Positions 9,276-16,887 of a stretch of DNA of 64,000 nt are shown piece after piece. Made by a program: the position numbers and the translations under genes. Source of the DNA: an uncultured Candidatus Saccharibacteria bacterium (GTDB lineage Bacteria; Patescibacteriota; Minisyncoccia; Phycocordibacterales; UBA9973); contig CAZBZO010000001.1 of the NCBI GenBank assembly GCA_964496425.1, forward strand, positions 71,265 to 135,264, given 5' to 3'. A model generated the notes under the pieces. The model saw only the letters and a program-made list of their open reading frames with translations. It ran no database searches and had not been told where the DNA came from. Numbering within the stretch: position 1 is the first letter of the stretch; every line of letters starts with the position of its first letter.

Positions 9276-9884
9276 TTAGAGGCTTTTTATCGGAGTCAGT
9301 GCAGCAGCGGCTTGAAATTCAGATTCTTTGTCGATAGCCACAAGCTCAATCAACCGCGCAACCAACCGTGCAGGATCACTATCAAAAATAATTTTCTGAT
9401 TTGGCCGGTGACCTTTTTCAAGAATTTCTTTTATTTCTCCACCCATATCCCATTCCCCTTCAAGCACGCCGACCGGCTTGCCATCTTCAAAGGCGATAGT
9501 AAATTCGTGAATCGTACCGATTCTTCCACAACCGATGACAAGTGCATCGCACGTGCGAGTAAACAGTAAATCTCGGCCAGGGTATCCAAAGCCAGTGTAA
9601 ATTGTAATATCTAGATAATCGATCGGAAGACGATAGACCGTAAGATGCTCACGTTCTGATGCCGCCGGGGAAAGTCCAATCGTGACACCATGTTCTTCTT
9701 TAGCACCCATCGCACTCCAGAGTGGAAAGCCAGACGTCGCTCCCGTCACCAAAACTGCACCTTGACGCACAATCTCACGGCCAAGCTCTTTAGCTTTGTC
9801 GAGAGCATGTAATCCGCAGTGGCCAGTCTCAGCAGCACCCGAGACACCGATTTTAATATTTAAATGTCCGTGCTTAAGTAACAT
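9276..9884 (-). CDS. LOG/SLOG family nucleotide-binding protein (TIGR00725-like)
   Basis: IGVSG, LGREIVRQGAVLVTGA, GRIGTIHEF..AFEDGKPVGVL. Confidence 0.8.
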   Translation of the reverse strand: MLLKHGHLNIKIGVSGAAETGHCGLHALDKAKELGREIVRQGAVLVTGATSGFPLWSAMGAKEEHGVTIGLSPAASEREHLTVYRLPIDYLDITIYTGFGYPGRDLLFTRTCDALVIGCGRIGTIHEFTIAFEDGKPVGVLEGEWDMGGEIKEILEKGHRPNQKIIFDSDPARLVARLIELVAIDKESEFQAAAALTPIKSL

Positions 9885-9991
9885 GTATGGAAAGTATAGA
9901 GTATTAAGTATGAAGTATCAAGTATTTTTTTATAGACTCCAAATGAAAGATTGGGAACTTAGTTTTGGATTCTAAATCCATAGGTCCCACA

Positions 9992-10076
9992 GTATGCTTT
10001 TGGGGTATTTGAAGCGCGACGGCGCGACAACGAAGGGAATTTTGAAGCTTCAAAATGACCGACCCCAAAAGTATAC
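9992..10076. repeat. Nested inverted-repeat element (REP/MITE-like)
   Basis: GTATGCTTTTGGGGT...ACCCCAAAAGTATAC arms plus the inner palindrome ATTTTGAAGCTTCAAAAT. Confidence 0.55.
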
Positions 10077-10128
10077 GTGAATAAAAATTACTACCCCTCA
10101 ATCCTCTCCTTTATCGAGGAAAGAAGGG

Positions 10129-11487
10129 TTAAAATTCTAATTCCACCACCTCCCCGAGCCCAGGTGCTCGAGCATTGAGGCCGAGATAATCGCGAATACG
10201 TTGGACCAAAAACATAGAGGATTTTGGTTCACCCATAACAGTAAATATTTGTTGTACAGTTTCCTGAGTGCCCTCCACAAAACCAAGCAGTGCATCAGAG
10301 TCTTTATGCCCAGAATAGCCGCTGATTTTCTCTATGTGAGCCCGTACTGCTACTTCTTGGCGCTCGATCGTCACCATCTTGGCTCCATCTTCGATCGCTC
10401 GTCCGAGAGTCCCCATTGATTGATAGCCAATCAAAAGCAAAGTGCTATTTTCGTCCGGCAGATAATTGTGCTCGTGATGGATAATACGACCCCCAGTCGA
10501 CATACCAGAGCCAGCGATAACGATCTTGGGATCAGAAGCTTTTAAAATCATTTTAGAATCTTCAGTCGTGACAGTTGTTTTGAGTCCGGGAAACATAAAA
10601 ATATCATCGCCGGACCGGATAAGCTTCCGTGCGGGTTCGTTTAAGTATTCAGAAAATCCTTGATAGAGCGCCGTCAATTTGATAGCCAAAGGAGAATCAA
10701 AAAATATCGGCATTGCAGGGATGCGTTTGTTTTCCACCAAGTCGTTGATCTCGAAGAGAAGCTCTTGCGAACGCTCTAAGGAGAATGTCGGTATAACAAG
10801 AGTTCCTTTGCGACTGTAATTGTCTTCAATAATACTCTCCAAGCGTTTCTTGCGTTCGCCACGACTTTCATGATTACGATCGCCGTAAACGCTTTCCATT
10901 ACCAAATACGTAGCGTCTGAGATTTGTTCTGTATCGGGAAGAATAGGCGAAGGAGAATTACCAAGATCACCAGTGAAAACAATTTTTTTGCCGTTATAGG
11001 TAATCTCAATCATGGCTGAGCCTAAAATGTGCCCCGCATCACGGAATACGATTGTAAGAAGTGGTGAGAGCACAAGTGGCTTATGATATTCAATCCCCTT
11101 CCAAAGGGAAAAAACTGTCTTTAATGTTTCTTCATTATAAATTTCGTTGAGCTTATGTTCATGATCACGCTCCAAAATACCTTTGGTATCGAGAAGCATC
11201 GGTACCGCAATATCTTTGGTGGGAATCGTAGAGTAGATAATACCTTTAAACCCATCATGGATGAGCTTGGGAATCCGACCAATGTGGTCAACGTGCGCAT
11301 GTGTGACAAAGAGCATATCGATCGATGATGGATCGTACGCAAACGCCTCCCAGTTGATGTCGTCCGCGAGCTTTGAGCCCTGGGTCAAGCCGCAATCGAT
11401 AAGAATTTTCTTTCCATCCACTTCAAATAAAAAATTGGCGCCGGTCACCGTATTTACACCAGCGCAAAAAGTAAGTTTGGCTTTCAT
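10129..11487 (-). CDS. MBL-fold beta-CASP ribonuclease (YSH1-like)
   Basis: THAHVDHIG, AGHILGS, FTGDLG, ESVYGDR, ERSQEL, YSGHKD. Confidence 0.9.
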   Translation of the reverse strand: MKAKLTFCAGVNTVTGANFLFEVDGKKILIDCGLTQGSKLADDINWEAFAYDPSSIDMLFVTHAHVDHIGRIPKLIHDGFKGIIYSTIPTKDIAVPMLLDTKGILERDHEHKLNEIYNEETLKTVFSLWKGIEYHKPLVLSPLLTIVFRDAGHILGSAMIEITYNGKKIVFTGDLGNSPSPILPDTEQISDATYLVMESVYGDRNHESRGERKKRLESIIEDNYSRKGTLVIPTFSLERSQELLFEINDLVENKRIPAMPIFFDSPLAIKLTALYQGFSEYLNEPARKLIRSGDDIFMFPGLKTTVTTEDSKMILKASDPKIVIAGSGMSTGGRIIHHEHNYLPDENSTLLLIGYQSMGTLGRAIEDGAKMVTIERQEVAVRAHIEKISGYSGHKDSDALLGFVEGTQETVQQIFTVMGEPKSSMFLVQRIRDYLGLNARAPGLGEVVELEF

Positions 11488-11927
11488 TGGGTATAGTATA
11501 GCGTATTTCCTGATGCCTCGGTAGTCTTGGAGAGTTGGTCTCGTACATACAGCACGGCAGCCATACCACCCGCAAGATCAAAGAAAATATCAGAGAGTGA
11601 ATCAATAAATGTTGCCAAAATGACTCCTGTCATGGACTGTACTCCGTATTCGAAAAGCTCCCAGAGAAGACCGACAATAAGAGCAGAGAGTACCCCGATA
11701 AAAAGAAGACTTTTTTTTGATTTAAAGGCAGTAAAATTGAAAATTTTGATAAAAAACATAAGCCACAGAGTCACAAGAACGACAAAAAACCCACCGAAGA
11801 AGTGCATCGGCATATCAAACCACCATATGAGGGTATAGAGGTGAAACCGGGTGGCAATAAGATTGATCAGAAATATAGCAACAACCAAAATGCATATCCG
11901 GCTCATCAACTTGGTTTTAAGAGACAT
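11484..11927 (-). CDS. Integral membrane protein (VanZ/DUF2238-like)
   Basis: WWFDMPMHFFGG, WELFEY, DSLSDIFFDLAGG; about 4 TM helices. Confidence 0.6.
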   Translation of the reverse strand: MSLKTKLMSRICILVVAIFLINLIATRFHLYTLIWWFDMPMHFFGGFFVVLVTLWLMFFIKIFNFTAFKSKKSLLFIGVLSALIVGLLWELFEYGVQSMTGVILATFIDSLSDIFFDLAGGMAAVLYVRDQLSKTTEASGNTLYYTQ

Positions 11928-11989
11928 GAGAATATGGTAGCACAAAATCTTTATGAGTCACGTATAGAGTTTTTTGCTATAATGAAGCG

Positions 11990-12622
11990 ATGGATATGGA
12001 AAATCAACCCGAGCCAAAATGGCCGACTGATCATAGTGAAAACCATGAAAAACAAGGTCTAAAAAATGAATGGGTTGATCTACCTGCAGATACCTCCATA
12101 CGCTTATTAGATGAATTTGAAAAATATGCAGACGACAACTACGAGATAAAAAAGGTCCCCGAATTATTATATTTAAATGGAAAACTTAATAAAGATTTAT
12201 TCGGGGCGATACTTATGTATGCAGCGCCACAATATATTCTTTTTAATTCAAACGGTGCCAAAGAAGCTCTAGAATTTCTCAAAGATTTAAACAAACAACT
12301 TGTAGATGATGAGCTTTTTGAAACAATAGATTTTTTGCAAACTCAAATCTCTTATCTCGAGGCTTCCGATGAAGTATCAGAGAGAGCCTTCGCAAATTTA
12401 GCAGCGATCGCCAAGAAAGCAAAGTCTGGTGTCCATTTGCTCAATCACTTAGATGAACAATCAAAAGCAAATGATGTTGGCCAAAACGCACTTTTGCTCA
12501 GAGTAAAAGTAGAAGGCCTATTTACGAAAATGATAAACGATACCTACGATAGATTATGGGACAAATATCTTGTAAATGATTTCGAAAGAAAAGAGAAGAA
12601 GGCATTACCTGGCGAGAAATAG
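11990..12622 (+). CDS. Hypothetical helical protein
   Basis: 210-aa ORF preceded by TGCTATAAT 6 nt before the ATG; no recognisable family. Confidence 0.65.
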   Translation: MDMENQPEPKWPTDHSENHEKQGLKNEWVDLPADTSIRLLDEFEKYADDNYEIKKVPELLYLNGKLNKDLFGAILMYAAPQYILFNSNGAKEALEFLKDLNKQLVDDELFETIDFLQTQISYLEASDEVSERAFANLAAIAKKAKSGVHLLNHLDEQSKANDVGQNALLLRVKVEGLFTKMINDTYDRLWDKYLVNDFERKEKKALPGEK

Positions 12623-12684
12623 AAATTAGAAATTAAAAAGATACTATCAAACAATCTTCTAAATCTATTTTTGAATTTTTGTGC

Positions 12685-12713
12685 AAAAAAAACTCCACCT
12701 AAGTGCGGTGAAG
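12685..12713 (-). terminator. Terminator of the 6S-like RNA
   Basis: CTTCACC-GCACTTA-GGTGGAG followed by T8 on the minus strand. Confidence 0.65.
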
Positions 12714-12720
12714 ATCTTTT

Positions 12721-12849
12721 TAGGACTATTCGGCAGCTATTACCTTAGCATTGCTGCTAAGTGGGTTCCCGATGCACTGGGCCGAAGCCCCTTACAATCA
12801 CTGGATCCCGTGTAAAATGTGTTCTAAGTAATACTCCGAAATAATCCTA
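12721..12849 (-). ncRNA. Putative 6S RNA
   Basis: Closing stem TAGGATTATTTCGGAGTATTAC/GTAATAGCTGCCGAATAGTCCTA; open bubble TTAGAACACATTTTACAC; inner stem ending in a CTTCGG loop; 3'-bubble hairpin CTTAGCA-GCAA-TGCTAAG; own promoter and terminator. Confidence 0.65.
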
Positions 12850-12996
12850 TTTACAGTATACGTATGAGACAGAGAAATGCAACAAAAAACACGAAAGAAA
12901 CACAGATTTGTAATGCTAGCAAAAATTTCTTTTGCTTTACAGAAGGAATTTTCCGTATTCTAACAGTTTAGTCTTACTCTTTGTATAAAAGTCTTA

Positions 12997-13545
12997 CTAC
13001 ATACCATATTTTTCATACATCATAATATCGTACTTTCCATCAATCATATGATCTTCCTTACGCACACCAAGTTCTCCGAGAAAAGAGAAAAGTTCTTCTT
13101 GAATTTTTTTTCTGATCTCAGGATCAGCTTCTTCTGTGATTTTTTCTGCCTCAATAAACTCCCCGAGCCGCTCGACCACATCAAGAACAATTTCCATATC
13201 TTTATATGTAGTTTTGATTCTCCGTTTTTCCACTCGCGGCACTTCTTTATATCCAAGCAGCTTTATTGCGTCAATCATCATATCACCATCACCGATTTCC
13301 AGCTCTCGTTCAATACAGTCCTGTCGGCTGCTCTGGTTGATTTTTAGCGTAAAGATATTTTTGTCACTTTGCTTTCGTACTCGGAGGATTGGCACGCCTT
13401 TGGGCGGAGGGAATGGTAATGCTTTCGGTATAAATACATGATCGATTTGGTGAATTTCAGATGAAAAAACACAACCGAGCTTTTGCAGTTTTTCTATCAC
13501 TTCTTCCCTGTTATGCAATTGTGCTTTTACTTCAACTTCGTACAT
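12997..13545 (-). CDS. CYTH-domain protein (class IV adenylate cyclase/triphosphatase-like)
   Basis: EVEVK motif, LRVR, VEKRR, LDVVERLGEFIEAE. Confidence 0.88.
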   Translation of the reverse strand: MYEVEVKAQLHNREEVIEKLQKLGCVFSSEIHQIDHVFIPKALPFPPPKGVPILRVRKQSDKNIFTLKINQSSRQDCIERELEIGDGDMMIDAIKLLGYKEVPRVEKRRIKTTYKDMEIVLDVVERLGEFIEAEKITEEADPEIRKKIQEELFSFLGELGVRKEDHMIDGKYDIMMYEKYGM

Positions 13546-13584
13546 ATAAACAACAAAACTCACTAGCGTGAGTTTTGTATATTA

Positions 13585-14100
13585 CTATTTCTTTTTTGTT
13601 TGTGTAAACTTTTCGTGAGCAGTTTCGTACGAGAAGATTTCTTCTTCACTAAACCAATGTGCAATTTCCTTTTGTGCCTCTTCTGGATCACCTGAAGCAT
13701 GCACGAGGTTTGGAATGCCTGCTTCTTGAGCATCAGCATGAGTAAAACTCATGTGAGAATAGTCCCCGCGAATCGTGCCTGGAAGAGCGCTTTTTGGTTC
13801 TGTGGCTCCTACCATCTTACGGACGAGCGATACCGCCTCTACCCCTTCCAAGATAATAGCGATAACAGGCCCAGCATTCATCATTTCAAGTGTCACGTCA
13901 AAAGCTTTTTGCCCTCGACGAGAGACCATCTTTCCGATATCTTCGTAGTGATGATAGTAGTGATCGTAACTTGGCTTTAACATTTTTGTACCAACAATCT
14001 TAAGGCCAACTTTTTCAAAACGAGAAAGAAGTTCCCCGACAATCCCGCGTTGGACTGCATCAGGCTTAAAAATGACGAGCGAATGTTCTACTGTAGACAT
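13585..14100 (-). CDS. ndk: Nucleoside diphosphate kinase
   Basis: IFKPDAVQRG, PGTIRGD, NLVHASGD. Confidence 0.95.
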   Translation of the reverse strand: MSTVEHSLVIFKPDAVQRGIVGELLSRFEKVGLKIVGTKMLKPSYDHYYHHYEDIGKMVSRRGQKAFDVTLEMMNAGPVIAIILEGVEAVSLVRKMVGATEPKSALPGTIRGDYSHMSFTHADAQEAGIPNLVHASGDPEEAQKEIAHWFSEEEIFSYETAHEKFTQTKKK

Positions 14101-14181
14101 AGTGTATATTCTAGAAAATAATGATTAATAGACTCGAACTATAGCAGAAAGAGCTTGAGATTACAATCAATTTCTCATTTA

Positions 14182-16152
14182 CTAGTAGTCAAACGTGCCG
14201 ACGCCTTCAAGCTCTACTGGCCCCGTATCGCAGCCACCTAAGAGATTGAGATATTTGTTGGTCGTCTTGTATTTGTAGCCCGTACCAACACTGATGCCCC
14301 ATGGATCAAGCATGACTTCGTGGAATTTTTCCTGGAAGGCTTTCATCGCGTAGAAGAGTGTTTGATCGTAGATCGGTGTGAGGGCTCCAACACTAAAGCC
14401 GAGATTTTGCAGAACTTGTTTGGTGGTCACCACTTCAGGAGTGTTGTTATTTAGGGTTAGAGAATTGTACTCGCTGAAGACTGGGCAAGTCACAGAGAGT
14501 CCACAGACCAGACTATTGATCTTATTACGCGTCGTCGGTCCAACAAAACCGGTCGGCGCAGTAAGTCCCCAGATGGAAAGTACGCCAGAAGAATATTTAA
14601 GCTGGAAGCGATTGACGGCATCGACGTCGGCTTGTTCATAGATACCATTTACTACCAATGCCTCGCCTTGATAAATATTTAAGAATTGTTCGAGCTTCGT
14701 TACGTCGCCAGCGTTATTATTTGCGCTACCAAAGGAAATATCAGTTGTTAGATACGGCGCACAGACACCGTTTACAAATGTCGGGGCAATAGTACCAGGA
14801 GCTGTCGGAGCATTGTATTCATCATCATCGCTTGTACTGGTACAGCCAGGATCGTATGGATAGTCAAACAATCCATCGCCGTCATTATCATCATCGTCAT
14901 TACACTCATTAGTAGAACTGCCACCTCCTCCGCCACCGCCACTATCTGGGTCAGGATCATTGCCATCAGGATCGCCTGGATCAGGATTGGCACCGACAGT
15001 TACTATAGCAAGATAGGAAGCCGCCGTTGCTGGAGGAATTGTGTCTGCAGTGAGTTTGAAAGTTGTGCTGGCAGTGAGTGGACCAGTACTGATCGAACCA
15101 CTCGCAACCGGAGAAACAACATTGATAGCTTGATCGATCGTTGTTGTATTACAATCCGATGTGTTCCATGAAAGTGTCGTTGATTCGCCATAGGCAACCG
15201 AAGTAGGACTAGCAGTGAAGCTATTGATTACACAGCGTGGAGCCGAGCCGACAGTGACAGTCACTAAGTAGGAAGCTGCAATATCGGCAGGAATGGTATC
15301 GGCTGTGAGTTTAAATGTTTTAGTCGAAGTCAGAGGACCAGTACTTTTGGAGCCACTTGCTATCGGAGTAGCCGCGCCGATTCCCTGATCAATGTTTCCA
15401 GTATCGCAATTTGTCGTGACCCAAGAAAGTGTGGCAGAAGCACCGTAGACTACCGTGGTCGGGCTGGCTGAGAATTTTGTAATCGCGCAACGTGGAGCAG
15501 CACTTACCGTGATAGTGACAGACTTCGTAATGGCCGGGCCAGCTGTACCATCTCCCACGGAGAAAATATATGTTTTTGTTGCGCTCAAAGCCGGGGTTGT
15601 TTTGGTGCCACCAGAAATTGGCGAAACATTCCCAAAATCAGTTATGGTTGCAATCGTACAGCCTGAAGTGGCGGACCAATTGAGATTTGTGGTCTCGCCT
15701 GTATAGATTGATGTATCGTCCGCCGTGAAACTGTTAATCGCACATGACACTGGTGCGCCGACGGTTACCGTCGCGGTAGCAGTCGTTGTTTTGCTTCCAC
15801 CGCTTGCCGTTAAAGTAAAGGTGGTCGTCGCAGTAAGTGCACCGGTACTTTTTGAGCCACCCGATACTGGTGAAACACTACCGATACCTTTATCAATAGT
15901 GGCGGTCGTACAGTCTTTAGTAGCGTACTTAAGCATAGAAGACCCCCCTGGCGAGACCGATGTCGGACCAGCGGTAAATGACGTAATCGAGCACGGAGAT
16001 GAAGTACTTCCTGGGTCTTCTTTATTCCCACTCGTATTGAGTGCTGTGCCAGTAAAACCTTGATTGCCGCCGAAATACCAAATTACTCCCCCGAGAACAA
16101 GTACGAGAGCAATAATAATTATTATCTTAATAGCATCAGTTTGGTGGTTCAT
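14182..16152 (-). CDS. Membrane-anchored surface protein: four Thr/Ser-rich Ig-like repeats, an Asp/Cys Ca-binding-like motif and a C-terminal double peptidoglycan-binding-like module
   Basis: N-terminal TM; repeats C.I.SFTA.PTSV..G....L.W; CNDDDDNDGDGLFDYPYDPGC; DVTKLEQFLN..GIYEQADVDAVNRFQ..GFVGPTTR. Confidence 0.75.
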   Translation of the reverse strand: MNHQTDAIKIIIIIALVLVLGGVIWYFGGNQGFTGTALNTSGNKEDPGSTSSPCSITSFTAGPTSVSPGGSSMLKYATKDCTTATIDKGIGSVSPVSGGSKSTGALTATTTFTLTASGGSKTTTATATVTVGAPVSCAINSFTADDTSIYTGETTNLNWSATSGCTIATITDFGNVSPISGGTKTTPALSATKTYIFSVGDGTAGPAITKSVTITVSAAPRCAITKFSASPTTVVYGASATLSWVTTNCDTGNIDQGIGAATPIASGSKSTGPLTSTKTFKLTADTIPADIAASYLVTVTVGSAPRCVINSFTASPTSVAYGESTTLSWNTSDCNTTTIDQAINVVSPVASGSISTGPLTASTTFKLTADTIPPATAASYLAIVTVGANPDPGDPDGNDPDPDSGGGGGGGSSTNECNDDDDNDGDGLFDYPYDPGCTSTSDDDEYNAPTAPGTIAPTFVNGVCAPYLTTDISFGSANNNAGDVTKLEQFLNIYQGEALVVNGIYEQADVDAVNRFQLKYSSGVLSIWGLTAPTGFVGPTTRNKINSLVCGLSVTCPVFSEYNSLTLNNNTPEVVTTKQVLQNLGFSVGALTPIYDQTLFYAMKAFQEKFHEVMLDPWGISVGTGYKYKTTNKYLNLLGGCDTGPVELEGVGTFDY

Positions 16153-16289
16153 AGAATGTGTTTATTAGAAATTTGCTTATTCGCATAAAAGCAAAGGATT
16201 ATAATGGAGATTCGCACATACTTCATATATACATCAGTATAGAGCGCTCTGTATATATTGGCAAGGAGGTTTTTAAGCAAGCGAGTCAC

Positions 16290-16859
16290 CTACTTTTTGA
16301 TCTGACGATCAAATGTAAAGACTGAATAGTCGTGATTGTCGAGTCCGTATTTTTTGAAGACTTGGTTGGCCGATGAGCGTATGTGCGTCTCCCATGAAAG
16401 TCCAAGGTCTCTTGCAGCTTTTTCTACTGCTTCCCACGATGGCGCTTCGATCTCAAGATAGGTCGGGATAAGTGGCCAAGTGTCGATATCAAAAACAATA
16501 TCGCCAAACATCCAGCGCTCACGGCGATTTTCCTCATAGCGTTTTTCAATAAGGCCAATAGCTTTAAGTAAGCTTTCGGTTTGATCAAAATCAGAAACAA
16601 TAACTTCGATTTCTTTCATACCAACATCGCCAAACTGTCCTGACGCAACACCAATTCGTTCTTTATAACTAAGCGTAATATGCTCTCCTTCATCTCGCAA
16701 CCTGATCCAAGCACTTTTAGCATCAAGGCGATAATCTGGGTAGTCAAAAAGCTTACGACGATAGTCAAAGTTGCCGACCAAGGTTGCTCCGAGATTTTCC
16801 AATTTCTCGCGCAATGTCGCAACATCAATATCTAAAAATTTTGCTTCAATTTCTTCCAT
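16290..16859 (-). CDS. Second CYTH-domain protein
   Basis: MEEIEAKF, WIRLRDEG, DIDTWPLIPTYLEIE. Confidence 0.88.
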   Translation of the reverse strand: MEEIEAKFLDIDVATLREKLENLGATLVGNFDYRRKLFDYPDYRLDAKSAWIRLRDEGEHITLSYKERIGVASGQFGDVGMKEIEVIVSDFDQTESLLKAIGLIEKRYEENRRERWMFGDIVFDIDTWPLIPTYLEIEAPSWEAVEKAARDLGLSWETHIRSSANQVFKKYGLDNHDYSVFTFDRQIKK

Positions 16860-16887
16860 TACATTAGTAATCAGTAATTCGTAATTA

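Noticed and set aside
12721-12849. SRP RNA or riboswitch
   Set aside because: Lacks the SRP domain IV motif (CAGG..GGAA..AGCAG), and no gene follows before the terminator
16149-16226. Small upstream ORF MKYVRISIIILCFYANKQISNKHIL overlapping the surface-protein start
   Set aside because: No terminator/antiterminator set or telling codon bias; could be chance in AT-rich DNA
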